Shown one piece after another: positions 56,953 through 64,000 of a DNA stretch of 64,000 bases (position 1 is its first letter; every line of letters starts with the position of its first letter). The notes beneath the pieces were generated by a model. The model was not told the origin of the DNA, searched no databases, and was given only the letters and a program-made list of their open reading frames with translations. The stretch lies in the IMG/VR virus record IMGVR_UViG_3300033463_000051, positions 1 to 64,000 of that record. The stretch is one strand, 5' to 3'. Made by a program: the position numbers and the translations under genes. This DNA comes from a virus. Taxonomy: Duplodnaviria > Caudoviricetes.

Positions 56953-57453
56953 TTAATCAAACATACTTAATTGTCCGTCTATCTCACTATCGTTGACAAT
57001 TACGTTTTTGCCTGTACTGCCAAAACCTCCCGCCCCGCGCTCGGTTTCGCCAAGATGTTTGGCCTCAACGAAATCAAATGGCAAATACGGTATAACAATG
57101 AGTTGAGCGATTCTTTCGTGGTGCTCTATCTTTTGCGGCATGTCCGTATCGTTGTGGAGGGCTACCATTATTTCGCCTCTGTAATCACTGTCGATCACAC
57201 CTACGCAATTGGCGGGTCTCAGCCCTTGTCTAGAGGCTAACCCGCTTCGGGCAAAGATGCCGCCGAAGCACCCTTCGGGTATCGCTATAGCGATACCGGT
57301 TTGAACCATGTAGGTTGTATGGGGCTGAATATATATGTAATCTTCTTCGAGGCAGGCGTATAAGTCGTGTCCGGCAGCATCTGCGGATGCCTTTTGAGGT
57401 ATTATCCCATCACGATATGGGATTCTAGCAACTTCAATCCTCGTTCTGTACAT
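56953..57453 (-). CDS. dut: Trimeric dUTPase
   Basis: AGHDL, ARSGL, GVIDSDYRGEI, RIAQL, RGAGGFGSTG. Confidence 0.95.
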   Translation of the reverse strand: MYRTRIEVARIPYRDGIIPQKASADAAGHDLYACLEEDYIYIQPHTTYMVQTGIAIAIPEGCFGGIFARSGLASRQGLRPANCVGVIDSDYRGEIMVALHNDTDMPQKIEHHERIAQLIVIPYLPFDFVEAKHLGETERGAGGFGSTGKNVIVNDSEIDGQLSMFD

Positions 57454-57721
57454 TATCTTTCTCCTTTTTCTTATCTCTGTATTCATCAAGACAATCTCCC
57501 AAATACTCCATCTCATCTTGGGTGACCGACTCCATGAACACCATGCCGCCGTTTCTTGCATATCCTATTTGTCTTAGGAAAGCATCGAGTTGTTCTCCTA
57601 TTGTGGCAAGTTCGTCTATACCCAAATCCGGATATGCTTCGAGTGTTGACTTTGCCTCGAACGTATGGCCAAATTCGTTGGTGAATGTAAATCCGATTGT
57701 AATCATACTATTTGCTTCCAT
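57434..57721 (-). CDS. Acidic hypothetical protein
   Basis: ORF with GGGAGAG RBS. Confidence 0.65.
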   Translation of the reverse strand: MEANSMITIGFTFTNEFGHTFEAKSTLEAYPDLGIDELATIGEQLDAFLRQIGYARNGGMVFMESVTQDEMEYLGDCLDEYRDKKKEKDNVQNED

Positions 57722-57747
57722 TTATTCTCTCCCATTTTAGGTCTTCT

Positions 57748-57781
57748 GCGGAGCGTCCCGAAAGACGCTCCGCTTTTTTTT
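57748..57781 (+). terminator. Intrinsic terminator oriented against the local genes
   Basis: GCGGAGCGTC-ccgaaa-GACGCTCCGC-T8 on the + strand. Confidence 0.65.
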
Positions 57782-57933
57782 CTTAACTCTCCGGGAACGT
57801 ACTGAGTTTTTGCCCATATTTGAAGATATGTCCTTGCCTATATTACATGACACAACTTCAATAAAAGTCGCCTTATGGGTGTATTTTGCTCAGCAGTACA
57901 GGGAAATATGTCGCGATTCTACTCTAGTTCTCC

Positions 57934-58416
57934 TTAACAAATCTTTTCTGCGTACTGATTAGGAGATGCCAGGTATACGCCGAGCAGGTCGTCGTAATGC
58001 TCTTCAGATCCCGGGATGAATCTTCCGAATTTGACAATGATATTTTTGAAACGTGTTTTAATCTCAGAAAGTGTGCCGATTATTTCACTTTTGTTGTATC
58101 CCGTGTATATGACCACAGGGTCGGAGCACATATACTCATCGCGAAGTTTGGACAGAAACGCTATGAGCTCTTCTTTTTGGTCAAAGGGTTCGAGTCCTCC
58201 GAAGACGATGGCTCGGGTAATCGGATTCTGTATATATTTACGTATTAGGCTGTCGTCCGTGACCGTTAGATGGAGCGCCTTTTGGAGTCCCCTATTCTGA
58301 CAGCACATAGTCCCGAAATCTTTCTCACATTTAAAATCACAGAAGGCTGTCGTTATGAACATTGAAGGAAGTTTATAATTTACGAAATCCTCAACTACTA
58401 CACCCTTAATTCTCAT
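57934..58416 (-). CDS. nrdG: Anaerobic RNR activating enzyme (radical SAM)
   Basis: CDFKC..CCQN, GGLEP, YTGY, KFGRF, ASPNQ; coupled to nrdD. Confidence 0.88.
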   Translation of the reverse strand: MRIKGVVVEDFVNYKLPSMFITTAFCDFKCEKDFGTMCCQNRGLQKALHLTVTDDSLIRKYIQNPITRAIVFGGLEPFDQKEELIAFLSKLRDEYMCSDPVVIYTGYNKSEIIGTLSEIKTRFKNIIVKFGRFIPGSEEHYDDLLGVYLASPNQYAEKIC

Positions 58417-60380
58417 TTCATTACCCCGTCGTTAGCAAGAACATTCATCCACTTACGTTTGTCGAATTCGGTTTTGCGTATCTTCTGATAACTGCTTGTT
58501 GGAGTGTAGAAACCCACCACTCTGGCGTATGTATCGGCTATCGGCTCGCCACACACAGGACAGTGTTGTTCGCTTATGAAGGCGTGCTTGTTTTTGCAGA
58601 CGCTGATTTTTGTCGTAAAGGCAAAGTATATAACACCCTGTGACGCAACGTAATTCAGCATATCCCAGGCCGTCTCTTCATTCGGAAATCTGTTCTCTAT
58701 ATTAATGTGAGCGATACAGCCACCGCCGCACTTCTTGTCAAATAGAGAGCCCAGGCGGCACTTCTCCTGTATGGTGCATTTTTCCATAAGGGGTATCCAC
58801 TGGTTTGAGTAGATAAAGTATCTGTTCTGTTCAAAAAGGAGATTGTCGGCTTGACATATGACGCCCGCACAGTTTTCAGCAGGAATCATCTCTATATTGA
58901 ACGAGAAGTCACATTCAAAATTGTCTTTGACTTCGTTCATGGCATCGAGGATCTCGGTCGTAAACTCAATGGCTTCGTCAGAATAACTCTTACATCCGAG
59001 TTCATCGGTGTTTATATATCCGAACAAGTCCATGACTTCGTACATCCCGATTCCGCCGATCGTACAGAACTGTTTGCTCAGCTCTACGGCTCCATCCTGA
59101 TAGTTTGGTAACAGCCCCTTCTCAATATTCCGCTGTATGATATGTCTCATCGAAGAGAGGGCTTTGCAGTTAAGCAGGACTCTTTCCTTCAAAATTTTTA
59201 TGTATCTAGTCCTGTTGAATTTGCTTTCGTATGCGATTCGCACAAGGTTTATCGTGCTGACTCTACATGAACCTACCGAAAGGGCCGTGCCGCCTATCGA
59301 GTTGATAAAGGCATCCAGTTTCTGCGTGTCGCTCAGGAGGCGGCAGCAGTTGGAGAGAACACCCACGTTATCACTTACGAAGAAATTACTATCGCTCCAT
59401 TTCATATTGTGGGTCGAACACCATCTGGCGAATGGTTCATCTACAAACTTGCCGTCTTGATATAAGAGCGAATAGGTCAGTACCGGATACGTGAACATAT
59501 TGGTCTCTCTAATTTCGCTCACGACTTCCATGAATACTTTCTGACACTCTATGAGGTCTTCTATGTGGTCGATGGCAAATGTCCCATCCGGGAACTCCAT
59601 ACCGCCAAACAGAGACTCCATGTATGGGTGATCAAAGATGCTTATATTTGTGAAGGCGCTTTGGTCAATTCGGAGAAACGGTTGATTGAGGCGGTATATA
59701 AACTTCTGGAATTGCTGTCTCAGATAGTACTCCGGAGATTTCATATAGTATCCACTTTCCACATCTTTCTTCCAGAAGTACCATGCCCAGATGATCGCAT
59801 TGGGCATTCCAACCGCCCCGCTCTGTCTATTAGAAAGGAAGCTTACGAACTCGATAACGTCATCAAAGTACGTAGTAAGGTGCTTTGGGGCTTCGTTGTT
59901 ATATCTTTTAAATTCCACTACCTCTCCGTTAGGCATGGTTTTCTTTTCGTTCAAGAAGAAGAGTCCCTCAGTGGCAAGCCTGGTAAAATCATTAGCCCAA
60001 CAGTATGGAAAGTAACTGGCGGTCGTACTGTCGTTCAGATAGAAGCCTCTGCTAAACTCCTGCTCAAACCATTGTTTTGCCGTTCTTAGCCCCCATTGCT
60101 TTTTGATCTCCATAAAGATCTTGTTGAGTCCAAACAGTTTGTCTTCGGACTTACCCTTTTCGGTCATAAAACTGCGGATGTCTTTATGGCTGGCGTTTGC
60201 GTTGGGGTCTATGCTTGTATCCGCAAGCGTGGTTTTATCTACAAAGTTATCTATGAATTCAGAAAAGTCGAGTTGACTTGGGTGGACGCCGTTTATGTAC
60301 TCAAAATCTTCACCGTACTTCTCCTTCATATCCTCCAGACAGCGCTCAAAGTCTTTCTTGAGTTTAAGTTCAATGTTCAA
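58413..60380 (-). CDS. nrdD: Class III (anaerobic) ribonucleotide reductase, no ATP cone
   Basis: FTYPV, SNCCRL finger loop, PAEN, GGGCIAH, C..H..CPVC, RVVGF glycyl-radical motif. Confidence 0.92.
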   Translation of the reverse strand: MNIELKLKKDFERCLEDMKEKYGEDFEYINGVHPSQLDFSEFIDNFVDKTTLADTSIDPNANASHKDIRSFMTEKGKSEDKLFGLNKIFMEIKKQWGLRTAKQWFEQEFSRGFYLNDSTTASYFPYCWANDFTRLATEGLFFLNEKKTMPNGEVVEFKRYNNEAPKHLTTYFDDVIEFVSFLSNRQSGAVGMPNAIIWAWYFWKKDVESGYYMKSPEYYLRQQFQKFIYRLNQPFLRIDQSAFTNISIFDHPYMESLFGGMEFPDGTFAIDHIEDLIECQKVFMEVVSEIRETNMFTYPVLTYSLLYQDGKFVDEPFARWCSTHNMKWSDSNFFVSDNVGVLSNCCRLLSDTQKLDAFINSIGGTALSVGSCRVSTINLVRIAYESKFNRTRYIKILKERVLLNCKALSSMRHIIQRNIEKGLLPNYQDGAVELSKQFCTIGGIGMYEVMDLFGYINTDELGCKSYSDEAIEFTTEILDAMNEVKDNFECDFSFNIEMIPAENCAGVICQADNLLFEQNRYFIYSNQWIPLMEKCTIQEKCRLGSLFDKKCGGGCIAHINIENRFPNEETAWDMLNYVASQGVIYFAFTTKISVCKNKHAFISEQHCPVCGEPIADTYARVVGFYTPTSSYQKIRKTEFDKRKWMNVLANDGVMK

Positions 60381-60389
60381 CGGCGCACC

Positions 60390-60596
60390 TCACTGTTCGT
60401 TGACCCACCGTACGGCAGCGACATAGTCCATTATCTCGTCTCCGACTTTCAGACGCGGCACCTCTCTAAACCCCATAGCGATAATCTCATCTATTGAAGT
60501 TACCTCGGTATACTCTATGGATTTCTCCTCAAGTTTCTTTTTGAGAACATTACATCTTGGACATCCTGTGGAATATAGCGTAATAATATTAATCAC
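60390..60596 (-). CDS. Glutaredoxin/NrdH-like redoxin
   Basis: LYSTGCPRCNVLK..VP; directly upstream of nrdD. Confidence 0.85.
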   Translation of the reverse strand: MINIITLYSTGCPRCNVLKKKLEEKSIEYTEVTSIDEIIAMGFREVPRLKVGDEIMDYVAAVRWVNEQ

Positions 60597-60613
60597 ATCC
60601 TTTTTGTTTCTTC

Positions 60614-61159
60614 CTATAGCATATGTACCACGCTATAGATTTCTTTCCAGTTTCGTACGCGTATCATACCGAATGTTTGTGCGCTTATTTTTCTATTGTG
60701 TGGAGCGTCCATCAAAATCTTCTGGTATCTGCCGCCTATTAGATTATGCGGAGCGTCATCTATGAGGACATCTCCTTCGAGCATCTGCTTATTATCTGCT
60801 ATGATGACGTGCTCCCAGTCTATTACGGGGAAGAGCTCGAATAACCTTTCCGCTTTTCGCTTTATTGACCGGTAATCAGATGCGGTTACAACGTAGATGT
60901 TATATCCTTCGCACCACAGTTTGTTTATCACATCCTGTGAGTCGGGCAACGGTCTTATTTTTTCCCATATCTCGCCACATAATAGCGGCCGATATACACT
61001 CCTAGCCGACAATGTCGGAAACGCGGTTTTTATATCCCAATCGCGTATGTCCTCTTTTCTGACTGTCAGCTTGTAGTCGCGGTTTAGTATAGACACCCAT
61101 GCATCAAGCGTTGTAACTAGCGTGTCATCCATGTCTATAAGCAGCGTCATTCTGTTCAT
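60614..61159 (-). CDS. HAD-family 5'(3')-deoxyribonucleotidase
   Basis: IDMDDTL, VVTA, LIDDAPHN, PHN..RV.NW. Confidence 0.88.
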   Translation of the reverse strand: MNRMTLLIDMDDTLVTTLDAWVSILNRDYKLTVRKEDIRDWDIKTAFPTLSARSVYRPLLCGEIWEKIRPLPDSQDVINKLWCEGYNIYVVTASDYRSIKRKAERLFELFPVIDWEHVIIADNKQMLEGDVLIDDAPHNLIGGRYQKILMDAPHNRKISAQTFGMIRVRNWKEIYSVVHML

Positions 61160-61875
61160 GATGCTGCCTCCGTGTAGTCGTCCGCATGCTGGCTTATCCA
61201 CCCCCTGTGGTTATGTGTCAGTTCACAGAAAGCGGCCCGTTCGCATGAGCGAAAGTGCTCTATGTATTTAACGAATCCACTGGCGGTAGCATCGTCAAGG
61301 TCACATTGGAATTCGTGGCCAATAACAACGACTTTTGAGTCATCTCCTATGCGTGTCAGCACTTTCTTGAGTTGCTGTACGGAATAGTTTTGACTTTCAT
61401 CAACGATCACAACGGCGTTGTTCAAATTAGTACCTCTCAGGAATGTATCGGTTATACAGGTGATGTATCCCGTGCCGTTCTTTTGATTTGCCATTGACTC
61501 CGTATTTATAGAAGTGTGGATATTTACATTACAGTTTGTCAGAGCCTGATAAAAAGCCTCAAAATATACGGATGACTTTTCCGTGATGGTACCAGGGAGC
61601 CAGCCCTGTTTTCTCTCGCCATAGGGCGACATTATATAAACGATGCTGTCGTATAGTCCGTACTGGACGAGAAGGTTGGCGACTCCCGTGGCGACCGTGG
61701 TCTTCCCTGTTCCGGCTTTTGAGTTGCAGAAGATAATGTCGTAATCTTTGCTCCATATAGCATTTGCGAATTCTAATTGTTCTTCATCGAGGGTCATCCC
61801 GTAGAACATATCGGGATATATCTTTGAAGGGATTTCGGCAGACTGCTCAGATGCTGGTTTTTTCTTGGTAGCCAT
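61156..61875 (-). CDS. phoH: PhoH-family ATPase
   Basis: AGTGKT, GWLPG, FLRGT, VDESQN, LTRIG, QCD. Confidence 0.88.
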   Translation of the reverse strand: MATKKKPASEQSAEIPSKIYPDMFYGMTLDEEQLEFANAIWSKDYDIIFCNSKAGTGKTTVATGVANLLVQYGLYDSIVYIMSPYGERKQGWLPGTITEKSSVYFEAFYQALTNCNVNIHTSINTESMANQKNGTGYITCITDTFLRGTNLNNAVVIVDESQNYSVQQLKKVLTRIGDDSKVVVIGHEFQCDLDDATASGFVKYIEHFRSCERAAFCELTHNHRGWISQHADDYTEAAS

Positions 61876-61886
61876 AGCCGCCCTCC

Positions 61887-62528
61887 TTATATCACCTCGT
61901 CAAGTTCGCAGTCTTTACCGACTATATAATCTACAAATCCCTTTTCTTTCGCTTCATCGGCAAACATATACCATTCAACACGACGTTTGCCATCATATTC
62001 TTTACTGGTAAGTTTGCTTCTCGAGAGGACGTATTGCTTTATTCTGTCCTCAATCTTCTTCTGGAATTCCATTTGATCCTGGGCTTTAGCGCCGGAGTTG
62101 TACACGAAATTACTACCATCGTGCATAAGGAATTTAGCATTTTCAGTAGCATATCTCTTATGGCCGGCAAGTCCTATAAGGAATCCCATGCTGTACTGAT
62201 ACCCGAGATTTACTGTGTACACGGGCGTCTTACTTTGAAGAATAACGTCGATAAGTTCGAATCCGACATCGACATCTCCGCCGTTGGATGTGATATATAA
62301 AAGGATGGGTTGCCGCTCTTCGCTTTTTATGCCGTCATCTTCGGTGTTGTACTGAAGAATGTGCTTAACGACATCCCCGATGCTATACAGGTCGATATCG
62401 GCATTGATGAATAATTTTCTTTGTTTAAGGTCTTTGAGATAGAAAAGTTCCTCTACGAGTCCAGACTCTGCAAGTGCTTTTTCTACATCGATCTCTATAT
62501 CATAGTAATCTGTCTTTTTCGTTCTCAT
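61887..62528 (-). CDS. ClpP-like protease subunit
   Basis: LYITSNGGDV, YSMG, FLMHD, YMFADEA..GFVD. Confidence 0.82.
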   Translation of the reverse strand: MRTKKTDYYDIEIDVEKALAESGLVEELFYLKDLKQRKLFINADIDLYSIGDVVKHILQYNTEDDGIKSEERQPILLYITSNGGDVDVGFELIDVILQSKTPVYTVNLGYQYSMGFLIGLAGHKRYATENAKFLMHDGSNFVYNSGAKAQDQMEFQKKIEDRIKQYVLSRSKLTSKEYDGKRRVEWYMFADEAKEKGFVDYIVGKDCELDEVI

Positions 62529-63054
62529 ACACGTACTCCTCAATCCAGTCTTTTATTAACGCACCAAGCGTGGGAAGGTCGTCAGAATTATAAATTGTAT
62601 AATTGGCAGGATAATCATCCAGTGCTGTTTCCGATGCGTGTGCTTGCTGTTCGGATGTCAGCGGGGTATTGAACGCGGGGCGTATCACCCTAAAATGTGT
62701 AACGTCAAAACCCGCAGATATCAGGTTATCTATTTCGTTCGGGAATCTTGCGTCGGGGATGATGACATAGTCCCATGAATCACCAAACAGTTTCAGAATA
62801 GCAATTATAAAGTTGACCCAGAAATTGGGTATCAGACTTCTGACCACATCTGTGCCAACATATTGCAGAAGGTGTCTGCCGTTTTCGTCCTTTTCCCCAT
62901 CCCAGTTGAAATAAGCCTTACATATATATTTAAGAAGGTCTGCGTAATGTGTAATGATTACGCTGTCTCCGTGTTCCCTCATATTATCTGCCATCATTCT
63001 GGCTACCGTGTCCTTACCGTGTTGGGCGCGTCCAGAAATTACGAATACTTTCAA
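62500..63054 (-). CDS. Deoxynucleoside monophosphate kinase-like P-loop protein
   Basis: ISGRAQHGKDT, RHLLQYVGT, DARFPNE, HASET. Confidence 0.8.
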   Translation of the reverse strand: MKVFVISGRAQHGKDTVARMMADNMREHGDSVIITHYADLLKYICKAYFNWDGEKDENGRHLLQYVGTDVVRSLIPNFWVNFIIAILKLFGDSWDYVIIPDARFPNEIDNLISAGFDVTHFRVIRPAFNTPLTSEQQAHASETALDDYPANYTIYNSDDLPTLGALIKDWIEEYVYENEKDRLL

Positions 63055-63482
63055 CTATATATCCTTTCTGCGTTTACAGTGGACGGGCTCAGATATTCCT
63101 GAAAACTGATTACCGCCTGTTGCAAACTAATGTCTTGTGTGGTGGTTCTCCATCCGAGTCTCCGACCGTAATATATCTCTCTGACTTTGCATCGTGCGGC
63201 CACTACGGGATCTTCTGAGCTGTCCACAAAATGGTCACATACGAACGCTACCGCCTCCTTGCCCGCTCTGGCAAAATCATCCACCATTCTCTGAAGCGCA
63301 AGTCTTTGCCCCAAAGGAAATTCGGCTGTGTGGTATTTGATCTCAAAGATTATGTACTCGGAGTCTTTGTATTCTATAATGCCGTCTATGTCTGTCGGGT
63401 AGATTCCGTCTCCGAGCTCAAGCCCCTTGAAATCCACTAGTTGTTTCATGCCTCGTGGATTGTTAATCCGGCTCTCTGTCAT
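63051..63482 (-). CDS. PD-(D/E)XK-fold hypothetical protein
   Basis: PTDIDG..IFEIK..GQRLAL. Confidence 0.55.
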   Translation of the reverse strand: MTESRINNPRGMKQLVDFKGLELGDGIYPTDIDGIIEYKDSEYIIFEIKYHTAEFPLGQRLALQRMVDDFARAGKEAVAFVCDHFVDSSEDPVVAARCKVREIYYGRRLGWRTTTQDISLQQAVISFQEYLSPSTVNAERIYS

Positions 63483-63687
63483 AGAACACCTCATCGTTCA
63501 GAAAGGTTTCAAATACGGGGTTTATCTTGCACGACTCTATAAACTTGTCCATACACCCACAGCACAGGTCTATGGATATGTAGTCGCCATCATATTTGCT
63601 GCCAAAGTTTACGTATCTTTTAAAGCCATACTCGCCGATATAGTCGCACATATCGAATTCTTTCCCGCACATATTGCAGATTTTCAT
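63463..63687 (-). CDS. Small Zn-binding protein
   Basis: CNMCGK..GSKYDG..DLCCGC. Confidence 0.7.
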   Translation of the reverse strand: MKICNMCGKEFDMCDYIGEYGFKRYVNFGSKYDGDYISIDLCCGCMDKFIESCKINPVFETFLNDEVFYDREPD

Positions 63688-63709
63688 TATTGTTGGTTTG
63701 CCTCCAAAC

Positions 63710-63988
63710 TCATGTATTTTCCCACCATCCGACCGACTCTTCTCCCGTAACGCTATTTCTTAGTATCTGCACGGTGCAGTTCGGATGTATTTCCTCTTCG
63801 TCATAAATACTGATGCTGTTAACCGTTACTATTTGATATGGAAGTCCGTCGGACTTGTCTGCTGTTTTATAACGCACATCATGACGGTACCCAGGGCATG
63901 TTTCGGCAATCGGGCACCCGCCGGATGTTTGTTCCGGCGCAAATGGGCATCCTCCGACGGCTCCGCATATTTTACTCATGTTCACCAC
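63710..63988 (-). CDS. Hypothetical protein, Cys-rich N-terminus
   Basis: ORF with GAGGTGG RBS. Confidence 0.6.
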   Translation of the reverse strand: MVNMSKICGAVGGCPFAPEQTSGGCPIAETCPGYRHDVRYKTADKSDGLPYQIVTVNSISIYDEEEIHPNCTVQILRNSVTGEESVGWWENT

Positions 63989-64000
63989 CTCTAAATTGAT

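Noticed and set aside
1-64000. Stop-codon reassignment, tRNA genes, introns or inteins (checked in TerL, RNAP, nrdD)
   Set aside because: Genes are intact in the standard code with all three stops used and expected lengths; no tRNA cloverleaf, splice or intein motif recognised by eye.

Overview
The whole 64-kb window is bacteriophage DNA with no host genes. It is a large temperate siphovirus with SPbeta-like gene order. Sigma-A promoters, strong GGAGG-type RBSs, a class III RNR and a Tn916-type int/xis point to an anaerobic Bacillota (Clostridia-like) host. Layout: (1) 1-1950, a leftward, compositionally odd segment with hairpins and one large HTH protein; (2) 2188-8166, a rightward early operon with a small tyrosine recombinase, a translationally coupled array of module-shuffled small Cys/Zn-finger genes and a YonV-like P-loop protein; (3) 8207-14070, a YonO-like RNA polymerase (probable ATA start), a metallophosphoesterase and an HU-like protein; (4) 14073-52967, packaging, head, neck, tail, a 2658-aa tape measure and many fibre/adhesin genes (Ig, BspA-LRR, CBM); (5) 53054-54925, lysis; (6) 54974-56890, a bidirectional terminator, an apparently intact attP, int/xis and a dif-like site; (7) 56953-64000, a leftward nucleotide-metabolism block (dut, nrdG, nrdD, redoxin, nucleotidase, PhoH, ClpP-like, dNMP kinase-like). 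The best novelty candidate is a 23-nt complementarity between the 5' end of the predicted int mRNA and a segment beyond attP, just before the terminator. It suggests an RNA switch that reports whether the phage is excised or integrated. All protein calls come from motif recognition and synteny by eye; no searches were run.
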